A stretch of DNA of 64,000 bases. It comes from Rickettsiales bacterium (GTDB lineage: Bacteria > Pseudomonadota > Alphaproteobacteria > Rickettsiales > JABSSG01). Shown here piece by piece: positions 19,729 to 27,968 of the stretch. Both the position numbers and the translations under genes were made by a program. The notes beneath the pieces are model-generated. The model saw nothing but the letters and a program-made list of their open reading frames with translations, was not told the DNA's origin and did not search any database. The stretch is taken from NCBI GenBank assembly GCA_013214525.1, contig JABSSG010000020.1:24950-88949 (forward strand), given 5' to 3'. Positions within the stretch are counted from its first letter, which is position 1. Each line of letters begins with the position of its first letter.

Positions 19729-21837
19729 ATGGGCAATAAGATATTTAAAATAGGAGTAATAATATTCCTAGTTTTTATTCTAATAGCATTTTTTTTTCTT
19801 GATGTAGATCAATATATTACATTAGAGTGGATTAAAATTCATCAGTATAAATTGCTGAATTATTATCAAAGCAATCCGTTTTTCGTTTTGGTAATTTTCA
19901 GCTTAATTTATATAGCAGTCACAGCATTTTCTCTACCAATTGCTGCTATTTTAACGCTATTAGGAGGCGTTTTATTTGGTTTTTCTATAGGGGTGGTGAT
20001 TATATCATTTGCTAGCAGTATTGGAGCGACATGTGCATTTTTATTAGCACGTTTTTTATTTAAAGATTATGTCCAAAAAAAATATGGGAAATATCTTAAA
20101 GAGATAAATAAAGGATTTATGCAAGAAGGTGCATTTTATTTGTTTGCGTTGAGGTTAGTACCAATTTTTCCTTTTTTTATGGTTAATATATTGGTAAGTG
20201 TGACACCAATTAAAACTAGAGTATTTTATTTATTTAGTCAGCTTGGAATGCTGCCAGGCACTGTATTATATGTTTATGCTGGTACAGAACTAGGTAAAAT
20301 ATCCACAATATATGATATAACTTCTCCCAAATTATTGTTAGTATTTGCTTTACTAGGGCTTTTCCCAATCACTGTTAAGAAAGCTGTGGATCTATTGAGG
20401 GAATATTTTGTAGGTAGATATAATTATAACGTTGTTGTGTTAGGTGGTGGTTCTGCAGGACTTGTTTCTGCTTATATAGCAGCGGTGACAAAAGCTAAAG
20501 TTGCTTTGATCGAAAAAAATAAAATGGGAGGTGATTGTCTTAATACTGGTTGTGTGCCTAGTAAGTCTTTGATTTGTTCTGCAAAAATATTAGCTCATGC
20601 AAAAAGAGCAAAAGATTTTGGCTTTGAAAAAATTACAGTAAAATATAATTTTGCAGATATAAAAAAACGTATAGATAAAATTATTAGAACTATTAAACCT
20701 CATGATTCTGTAGAAAGATATAGCAAGCTTGGAGTAGATTGTATTAAGGGTAAGGCTAGAATCATTACTTCTCATAAAATAGAGATTGGGAATAAAACTA
20801 TTACAACACGAGCAATTATCATTGCTACTGGTGCAGAGCCTTATGTCCCATCAATACTAGGATTAGATAAAAATGATTATTTGACAAGTGATAGTATTTG
20901 GAATTTAACAAAACTTCCTAAAAAACTCTTAGTACTTGGCGGTGGACCAATAGGGATAGAAATAGCACAAGCTTTTACACGATTAGGTTCGTCTGTAACA
21001 TTAGTCGTAAGATCATCTCAGATTCTTAAGCGAGAAGATAAGGAAGTGAGTGATTTTATGGTCAAACATTTAAAAAAAGAAGGTGTTACAATAATAACTA
21101 ATTGTAAAATTAAGTACTTCCAAAAGAATCAATTGATTTATGAGAAGAATGGTAAAACACTAACTATTACTTTTAATAAAGTACTTGTAGCATTAGGAAG
21201 AAAGCCTTCTGTTGTGGGATTTGGATTAGAAAAATTAGGAGTTACTATACGAGATCCTCAAGGTACAGTTTGGGCTAATCAATTTTTACAAACTAATATT
21301 CCTAACATTTATGTTTGTGGTGATGTAACAGGGCCATATCAATTCACACACACTGCTGCATATCAGGCTTGGCATGCTACTATTAATGCATTATTTTCAC
21401 CTTTTAAGAAGTTTAAAATAGATTATAGGGTGGTGCCTTGGACCACTTTTACAGATCCAGAAATTGCACGGGTAGGGTTAAATAAGAAAACAGCTAAAGA
21501 ACAAAATATTCCATATGAGGTTACTATTTATAAAATTAATGATTTAGATCGAGCTATTACTGATAGTGAAGCATATGGGTTTATTGAGGTATTAACTGTA
21601 CCATGCAAAGATAAAATATTAGGGGTAACAATAGTTAGCTCACATGCTGGAGATTTGATTGCAGAATATGTTTTAGCTATGAAATATAATCTTGGATTAA
21701 ATAGTATTCTTAGTACCATACATGTATATCCGACTTTTTCAGAAGCTAATAAATTTGTAGCTGGGCAATGGAAAAAAAATCATATCCCGAGCCTTTTCCT
21801 TAAGTTGTCAAAAAAATTTCATAATTGGAGAAGGTAA
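19729..21837 (+). CDS. fusion protein: N-terminal TVP38/TMEM64 (DedA-superfamily) membrane domain + C-terminal class-I pyridine nucleotide-disulfide (FAD) oxidoreductase
   Basis: 702 aa. Residues ~1-225 are multi-TM with a SNARE_assoc-like LRLVPIFPF. From ~230 come GGGSAGLVSAY, the redox-active CLNTGCVPSK, a second GGGPIGIE fold and a dimerisation domain. Confidence 0.85.
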   Translation: MGNKIFKIGVIIFLVFILIAFFFLDVDQYITLEWIKIHQYKLLNYYQSNPFFVLVIFSLIYIAVTAFSLPIAAILTLLGGVLFGFSIGVVIISFASSIGATCAFLLARFLFKDYVQKKYGKYLKEINKGFMQEGAFYLFALRLVPIFPFFMVNILVSVTPIKTRVFYLFSQLGMLPGTVLYVYAGTELGKISTIYDITSPKLLLVFALLGLFPITVKKAVDLLREYFVGRYNYNVVVLGGGSAGLVSAYIAAVTKAKVALIEKNKMGGDCLNTGCVPSKSLICSAKILAHAKRAKDFGFEKITVKYNFADIKKRIDKIIRTIKPHDSVERYSKLGVDCIKGKARIITSHKIEIGNKTITTRAIIIATGAEPYVPSILGLDKNDYLTSDSIWNLTKLPKKLLVLGGGPIGIEIAQAFTRLGSSVTLVVRSSQILKREDKEVSDFMVKHLKKEGVTIITNCKIKYFQKNQLIYEKNGKTLTITFNKVLVALGRKPSVVGFGLEKLGVTIRDPQGTVWANQFLQTNIPNIYVCGDVTGPYQFTHTAAYQAWHATINALFSPFKKFKIDYRVVPWTTFTDPEIARVGLNKKTAKEQNIPYEVTIYKINDLDRAITDSEAYGFIEVLTVPCKDKILGVTIVSSHAGDLIAEYVLAMKYNLGLNSILSTIHVYPTFSEANKFVAGQWKKNHIPSLFLKLSKKFHNWRR

Positions 21838-21842
21838 GAGTT

Positions 21843-22032
21843 ATATACTCCTCGCACTGGAACATTCCTATTTTTAAGCATGCCTATGTGAAGACAGGGG
21901 TATGAAAATAAAGTTGCTATCTTCGCTTGAAAATGTCTCTAATATCCTTAGTATTTTTGGATTTTTTTAAGCTTGATATCATCTCTATTTTCTGTCTTAA
22001 AATATCGTAATCTTCAAGTGTGAGGAGTATAT
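21843..22032. repeat. palindromic MITE/RPE-like repeat, family A, full-length copy A1
   Basis: The terminal inverted repeats are atatactcctcgcactggaa and ttcaagtgtgaggagtatat. The interior holds the hairpin cctatgtgaagacagggg and the palindrome gaaaataaagttgctatc...gatatcatctctattttc. There is no ORF. Confidence 0.85.
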
Positions 22033-22078
22033 CCTAGTGTGATTAAAAAAATTGGTACTTTAATTTATCGAAAGTATT

Positions 22079-22411
22079 TTAGACGTACATGCTGTAATCA
22101 TCATCGTTGTCGTCCGCAAAAAGACCAGATAACAAGTCAAAAAAAGATTTTGCTGCCATTGCGGTATCATATAAAGATCCAGACTCGTGTGCGTTATCAG
22201 AATGACGTTTAGCTACGGCTGCATTCATAAGAGCATTATTAGGTCCCCATAAGCCTAGTGTATGACCAGCTGCATAGGTGTCTGCTGCTAAATCTAAGAG
22301 ACTTGGGTTAGATTGTTGTTTATCTTGTGGCATATCAGCAGGGCACATATTTGCTAATGTGGTTGATTCAATAAAGGTTTCATAAGAAGAGCATGTATTT
22401 ATATTTTCCAC
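22079..22411 (-). CDS. hypothetical small acidic protein (ORFan)
   Basis: 110-aa ORF whose track start is GTG. The first ATG would be at 22348. It is visibly more G+C-rich than its surroundings and ends DDNDDDYSMYV. Confidence 0.45.
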   Translation of the reverse strand: MENINTCSSYETFIESTTLANMCPADMPQDKQQSNPSLLDLAADTYAAGHTLGLWGPNNALMNAAVAKRHSDNAHESGSLYDTAMAAKSFFDLLSGLFADDNDDDYSMYV

Positions 22412-22540
22412 AATAAACCAACATTAATTATACATTAAGTAATAAATTTAGTATAAGTTTTTAACTTCTAGTAGTCAAGAATTTTTTATTTTAATTATTA
22501 TAAATAATAAGTTAAATTTAGCCTTGATATAAAACTTAAT

Positions 22541-22989
22541 ATGAACAGAAAAGTTTTTTTGATGTTGGCGACGTTACCAGTGGTTGTTGTAATAGATGTG
22601 GATTGGATAATAATAGCAAAAAAAATTTTGTACTTTATGCACAAAATGTTCATAGTATTTTTTTTAGTTTTGATAGTGCTACGATTAAAGATGATGGTAT
22701 TCAGAAAATTAATGAGCTTATTTCTCAACTGAAAAAAGTAAGAAATGTTAAATTGGTGATATATGGATATACGGACAGGGTAGGCACAAGTGGTTATAAT
22801 AATAAGCTAGCTTTACGTAGAATTAATGCTGTTAAAAACCGTTTAATTAGTAGTGGAGTAATGACAGCAAATAATATTTCAATTGAGATTAAGGCTGTAG
22901 GTGAACATGATCCTTTGATATCACATAATACTATCAATAATAACCCCCATAGCAGAAGAGTTGATGTTTATATCACTCCATCACAATAA
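22541..22989 (+). pseudogene. OmpA/Pal-like peptidoglycan-binding protein, frame broken at an A8 tract (22618-22625)
   Basis: The ATG at 22541 encodes a hydrophobic leader, MNRKVFLMLATLPVVVV. The OmpA_C domain (FSFDSATIKDDG...GYTDRVGTSGYNNKLALRRINAVK...) lies in the -1 frame (22603-22989) and has no ATG of its own. One extra A in the tract fuses the two. Confidence 0.7.
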
Positions 22990-23012
22990 GTTTTTTAAAT
23001 CCATTATTGGGT

Positions 23013-23342
23013 TTATAAATCTTGATGGTCTTCAGATATATCTCCAACTACTTCATTATCTTGTATAATTCCGTCAGGTAGTTTAGCTGAAATTTTGCAG
23101 TGTTCTTTCAAAGTTTTAAAATGCTTTGCATTTATTCCTTCAGCATTGATTTCATCGTCCTCATCTTGAAGAAATGAAGCAAGGTCAAAATAAAGTTTAC
23201 TGAAATGACAAAGAGCTTTGTTCATAGCTGTCATGTTCCCTTTCATCCATGATTTTTCGGTTATGCATTTATCGTAATTATCTGCTTTTTTTCTCAGATC
23301 TTTGATTATTGCTTTAGGAGATTTTTGTTTTTCTTGTGGCAT
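23013..23342 (-). CDS. hypothetical protein (ORFan) immediately downstream of clpA
   Basis: 109-aa ORF with an ATG start, 28 nt after the clpA stop on the same strand. The protein is charged and probably helical. Confidence 0.5.
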   Translation of the reverse strand: MPQEKQKSPKAIIKDLRKKADNYDKCITEKSWMKGNMTAMNKALCHFSKLYFDLASFLQDEDDEINAEGINAKHFKTLKEHCKISAKLPDGIIQDNEVVGDISEDHQDL

Positions 23343-23370
23343 AATTATTTTTTTGTATAAAGAGGCTTAA

Positions 23371-25740
23371 TTACAAATTAATAGGTAATTCTTCTCCTGA
23401 GCTGCCTGATGAGGCAATTCTTTTTTGTTTTAAAGGTGAGAGTCCTTCAATAGTAAACTTTAGCTCGTCACTATGATTGTCTATTATGATTTGTCCTCCC
23501 TTAGTAAGTTTGCCGAATAAAATTTCATTAGCTATTATTTTTTTGATTTTTTCATTTATTAGCCTGTCCATAATACGAGCACCACTTGCTTCATCATATC
23601 CTTTATTGCAAATATATTCTTGTGCTGCTGGTGTTAAACGAATATCTGTATTTTTTATTTTGAGCATATCTTTTAGTTCTTTCAAAAATTTTCCGGCAAC
23701 TTTTGAAATAGTTTTTTGTGATAAAGGTTTAAAATAGATAATTGCATCTAATCTATTTCTAAACTCTGGAGAAAAAGCACTTTCTATTGCATCTTTGTTT
23801 TTAATGCTTTTTTCGTGATTTTTATTGCCAAACCCTACGGTCTTATTATTTAAATCTCGTACTCCTACATTGGTTGTCATAATTATCATGGTATTACGGA
23901 AAGAGATTTTTTTACCTTGGCTGTCAGTTAAAGTACCATAATCCATTACTTGTAATAATAAATTATAGATGTCTTTATGTGCTTTTTCTATTTCATCAAG
24001 CAATAGTACTGAATATGGGTTTCTATGTACTTCTTCAACTAGACGTCCTTCTGCATCATGTCCTACATATCCAGGAGGGGCTCCAATTAACTTAGCAACA
24101 GAATGTTGTTCCATGTATTCTGACATATCTACCCTAGCAAAATGCATATTAAACAAGTTTGTTAATTGAACTGCTAGTTCTGTTTTTCCAACACCTGTGG
24201 GGCCAGCGAACATATAGCACCCAGTGGGTTTTTTATCTGTGCGTAGTCCAGCACGTGCAAGTTTTATAGAAGTTGCTAAGCTTTCTATTGCTTCATCCTG
24301 TCCGAAAATTATAGATTTCAGATTTTTTTCCATATTTTTCAGTCTATCTTTTTCATTCATTGTAATATTTACTACAGGAACTTTAGAAATTCTTGCGACA
24401 GTTTCTTCTATGTCTTTAGGTTTGACTGTAATTTTCTTTCCTTGACTTTTGATTGCAAGATGTGCTCCTGTCTCATCCATTACATCTATTGCTTTATCTG
24501 GTAAGCTTTTGTCTGTAATATATCTTTTTGATAGTTGAGCAGCAGATTTTATAGCTTGTGGTGAATATGCTACATTATGGAATATTTCGTAGTATGATCT
24601 AAGACCATTTAATATACTAATGGTTGCTTCAATGGATGGCTCATCAACTGTAATTTGTTGGAATCTTCGTATTAAAGACTTATCCTTACTAAAATGTTTA
24701 TTGAACTCACCAAAAGTTGTAGATCCTATACAGCGAATTTGTCCTCTAGCAAGAGAAGGTTTGAGTAAATTACTTGCATCAAGAGCGCTACCATTTGTAG
24801 AGCCAGCTCCTATTATACTATGTATTTCATCAATAAATAAAATTGATTTTGGTATTGAGCTTAATTCCTTGAGTACTTCTTTTATTCTTTCTTCAAAATC
24901 TCCTCTATATCTGGTTCCAGCAAGAAGAGCACCTAAATCTAAAGCAAATATAATGGAATTTTGTAATATAGCAGGTACTTTTTTATGAGCAATTTTATAA
25001 GCCAACCCTTCTACTATTGCTGTTTTACCAACTCCTGGATCGCCTACTAATAATGGGTTATTCTTATTGCGTCTGCATAATATCTCTATTGCTCTTTTTA
25101 TTTCATCTTCTCTACCAACTAATAAATCTATCTTGCCGTCTAAGGCTAATTTATTAAGATTAGTACAGTAATTTTTCAGAATTTCAGATTCTTTTTGTTC
25201 AGCAACTTTGCTCACAAAACTTATATTTTCCTCGCTCTGTGGAGAAGATTGATCAAAAAATACACCATTGGGCTTGCTTTCCTTCTGTGGAAAGATAAAT
25301 TCTGAATAATTTTCTCCATGGATTATATAGTTTATCACATCTAATCTCGTTATATTGTGTTCATATAGCAATTTTGCTGCATATAAATCTGTTTCTAATA
25401 GAATTTCTGCTAGAACATTCACTCCTGAAATTTCTTTGCTAATCCCAGATAGGTTTGCTTGGATAGCGGATCTTTGGATAACTTTTTGAAATGTTGCGTT
25501 AGGAATTACTTCGTCAGAAGAGTCAAGGGTTGTATTGTTTGATTTTATGTTATTTAGATGAGCGGATATTTGATTAGACAGTGCATCAACATCAACAGAG
25601 CAGGCAATTAGTGCTCTTTTTGTATCAGAGTCTTGTGTTAATGCCAGCAGTAAGTGTTCTGTTGTGACCTCAGGGTGCTTGTGTTTTTTAGCTAGATCGA
25701 TAGCTTTGTTTATTGTCATCTCAAGATTTCTAGATAGCAT
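23371..25740 (-). CDS. clpA: ATP-dependent Clp protease ATP-binding subunit ClpA
   Basis: 789 aa with Clp_N repeats and two AAA+ modules (GDPGVGKTAI and GPTGVGKTEL). It lacks the long ClpB-type middle domain. Confidence 0.95.
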   Translation of the reverse strand: MLSRNLEMTINKAIDLAKKHKHPEVTTEHLLLALTQDSDTKRALIACSVDVDALSNQISAHLNNIKSNNTTLDSSDEVIPNATFQKVIQRSAIQANLSGISKEISGVNVLAEILLETDLYAAKLLYEHNITRLDVINYIIHGENYSEFIFPQKESKPNGVFFDQSSPQSEENISFVSKVAEQKESEILKNYCTNLNKLALDGKIDLLVGREDEIKRAIEILCRRNKNNPLLVGDPGVGKTAIVEGLAYKIAHKKVPAILQNSIIFALDLGALLAGTRYRGDFEERIKEVLKELSSIPKSILFIDEIHSIIGAGSTNGSALDASNLLKPSLARGQIRCIGSTTFGEFNKHFSKDKSLIRRFQQITVDEPSIEATISILNGLRSYYEIFHNVAYSPQAIKSAAQLSKRYITDKSLPDKAIDVMDETGAHLAIKSQGKKITVKPKDIEETVARISKVPVVNITMNEKDRLKNMEKNLKSIIFGQDEAIESLATSIKLARAGLRTDKKPTGCYMFAGPTGVGKTELAVQLTNLFNMHFARVDMSEYMEQHSVAKLIGAPPGYVGHDAEGRLVEEVHRNPYSVLLLDEIEKAHKDIYNLLLQVMDYGTLTDSQGKKISFRNTMIIMTTNVGVRDLNNKTVGFGNKNHEKSIKNKDAIESAFSPEFRNRLDAIIYFKPLSQKTISKVAGKFLKELKDMLKIKNTDIRLTPAAQEYICNKGYDEASGARIMDRLINEKIKKIIANEILFGKLTKGGQIIIDNHSDELKFTIEGLSPLKQKRIASSGSSGEELPINL

Positions 25741-26073
25741 AATAACTTCCTAATATAATTTGATTACTTATTTTTTAATCGTATGAGAAAAAAGTTATTA
25801 AAGCGTTAATTTTATAGAAAAATTTTGAGAAGTTATTGTGATTTTTACGTCTTAATTGTTAATTTTATAGTAAAATAGATAAATAATACGTTAACAAGGT
25901 ATTATTTATATGGTATTGTTTTGTTAAGTATATAAAAAAAGTATTTAAGATTTACATATGTTAGTAGGAAATTATTTCAATAAAAGCTAACTTAAAATAA
26001 TCAAAGATACAGATTATGAAACATTATTCTATAATTAATTAGACTGATTAATGCAATAAGAGGTAAGTAAAAT

Positions 26074-26832
26074 ATGAGAGTATTATTAATTGAAGATGAT
26101 AATGCAACTGCTCGTTCAATAGAGCTAGCATTGCAATCTGAAGGAATTGTATGTGATATTGCAGAGAAAGGTGAAGAAGGTTTGGAGATAAGCAAGCTTT
26201 ATAGCCACTATGATTTGGTAATTTTAGATTTGTTATTACCAGATATAGATGGATTTGAAGTGCTCCTAAGACTAAGATCTGCAAAGATAAAAGTTCCTAT
26301 CTTAATATTATCAGGTTTATCTAATACAGAGCAAAAAATAAAAGGTCTTGGTTTAGGAGCAGATGATTATTTAACTAAACCTTTTAATAGAGGAGAACTT
26401 ATAGCAAGGATACAAGCTATTGTTAGAAGATCTAAAGGTCATGCAGAATCAGTATTAAGATTTGATAAAGTTTGTATCAATCTTGATAGTCGTAATGTTG
26501 AAGTGGATGGTAAGATCTTGCATCTAACAAGTAAAGAATACGCAATTCTAGAATTATTAGCTATGCGTAAAGGTACTGTGCTGACTAAGGAAATGTTTTT
26601 AAATCATTTATATGGTGGTATGGATGAACCGGAGCTAAAGATTATAGACGTATTTGTATGTAAGTTGCGTAGGAAGCTCTATGAAGCTTCAGGAGGAAAA
26701 AACTACATAGAAACAGTTTGGGGGCGTGGTTATATGTTACGGGAATATGATGATCCAGCACATAACACAAATGTTACTCCGATTTCTGAAATGAACTCAG
26801 CGGAATCAAAGGAAGAAAATATAAATAACTAA
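26074..26832 (+). CDS. ctrA: cell-cycle response regulator CtrA (OmpR family)
   Basis: [20 protein letters not shown]... and [30 protein letters not shown]...IETVWGRGY are near-identical in pattern to Caulobacter CtrA. It has an extra ~25-aa C-terminal tail. Confidence 0.93.
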   Translation: MRVLLIEDDNATARSIELALQSEGIVCDIAEKGEEGLEISKLYSHYDLVILDLLLPDIDGFEVLLRLRSAKIKVPILILSGLSNTEQKIKGLGLGADDYLTKPFNRGELIARIQAIVRRSKGHAESVLRFDKVCINLDSRNVEVDGKILHLTSKEYAILELLAMRKGTVLTKEMFLNHLYGGMDEPELKIIDVFVCKLRRKLYEASGGKNYIETVWGRGYMLREYDDPAHNTNVTPISEMNSAESKEENINN

Positions 26833-26901
26833 AAAGTTATTTTGTATTTTTTGAGAATAAAGATTTAATTCTTTCTTAAGATTTATTTCTTAATGAAAAT
26901 C

Positions 26902-27076
26902 TGAAAATAGAGCCACTATCTTCGTCTGAAAATGCCTTGAATGATATTGACTCTATTTTCTGTCTTTAAAATAGGTGCTTTTCAACTACAACCAGTATAT
27001 ACTCCTTGTACTTGAGCATTCCTATTTTTAAGCATGCCCCTGCAGAGTCAGGGGTTTGAAAATAAAGTTGCTATTT
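26902..27076. repeat. family A repeat, rearranged copy A2 (element ends abutted head-to-tail)
   Basis: The modules appear in permuted order: gaaaatagagccactatcttcg...ctctattttctgtctttaaaatagg...ccagtatat, then atatactccttgtacttgagcattcctatttttaagcatgcccctgcagagtcaggggtttgaaaataaagttgctat. The right end and left end share the palindrome agtatatact at 26994-27003. Confidence 0.75.
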
Positions 27077-27137
27077 TTTTCTTGCAAGCACTATATTTTA
27101 AATATAATCAAGATATAAAGAATTTTTTATTAGTTAG

Positions 27138-27794
27138 ATGAAAATATTTTTAGACACAACAGATTTAAATGAAATTAAGTTCTTTAATGATATTGGTATA
27201 ATTGATGGAATTACTACAAATCCATCTTTAATTGCAAAATCAGGCAAGGGTATTTTTAAAGTTATCAAACAAATTTGTGAGATAGTAAGTGGTTCTGTAA
27301 GTGCTGAAGTTGTATCTTCTGATACAGAAGGTATGATAGAGGAAGGGTTACGATTAAGTAAGATTGCATCTAATGTGGCAATAAAAATTCCTATGACATG
27401 GGAGGGTTTAAAAGCTTGTAAATATCTTTCAGGGAAAGGTATTAAAGTGAACGTGACTCTTTGTTTTTCAGGCACTCAAGCTTTGCTTGCAGCAAAAGCA
27501 GGAGCTAGTTTTGTCTCAATTTTTGTTGGGCGTCAGGATGATATAAGCAATGATGGTATACAAATAGTATCTGATATTAAAGAGGTTTATGATCAATATC
27601 CAGGTATAAACTCTCAAGTTTTAGTTGCTTCAGTAAGACATCCACTACATGTTTATAATGCAGCCCAGATTGGAGCAGATATTTGTACAATTCCTCCTAA
27701 AATTATGAAACAATTGTTAGACCACCCTCTTACGGTAAGTGGGATAAGGAAATTCTTACAGGATTTTAAAGAGTCTCAACTTGCAAAAAGTTGA
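27138..27794 (+). CDS. tal: transaldolase, short Fsa/TalC type
   Basis: 218 aa. MKIFLDTTDLNEIKFFNDIGIIDGITTNPSLI and the active-site KIP region are present. Confidence 0.9.
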   Translation: MKIFLDTTDLNEIKFFNDIGIIDGITTNPSLIAKSGKGIFKVIKQICEIVSGSVSAEVVSSDTEGMIEEGLRLSKIASNVAIKIPMTWEGLKACKYLSGKGIKVNVTLCFSGTQALLAAKAGASFVSIFVGRQDDISNDGIQIVSDIKEVYDQYPGINSQVLVASVRHPLHVYNAAQIGADICTIPPKIMKQLLDHPLTVSGIRKFLQDFKESQLAKS

Positions 27795-27968
27795 TTCATA
27801 TAGTGCATTATTATGTACTAATCATGTATGGAAGCACCTGATTTTTTAGGTGTGATGGGTATACCACAGGAATATAGAAGTTTGTATATGTACTAAGTTA
27901 TCCCTTCTTTTTGCATGGTAAGTATGTAATACTTTAATTGATGAGAGTTATTGGTGTTATTATAAGAA

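Noticed and set aside
25741-26073. Looked for clpS upstream of clpA and for full CtrA boxes (TTAA-N7-TTAA) upstream of ctrA
   Set aside because: No ORF of suitable size or sequence exists in the spacer, and only half-site-like matches were found. TTAA is too frequent in this composition to interpret without statistics.
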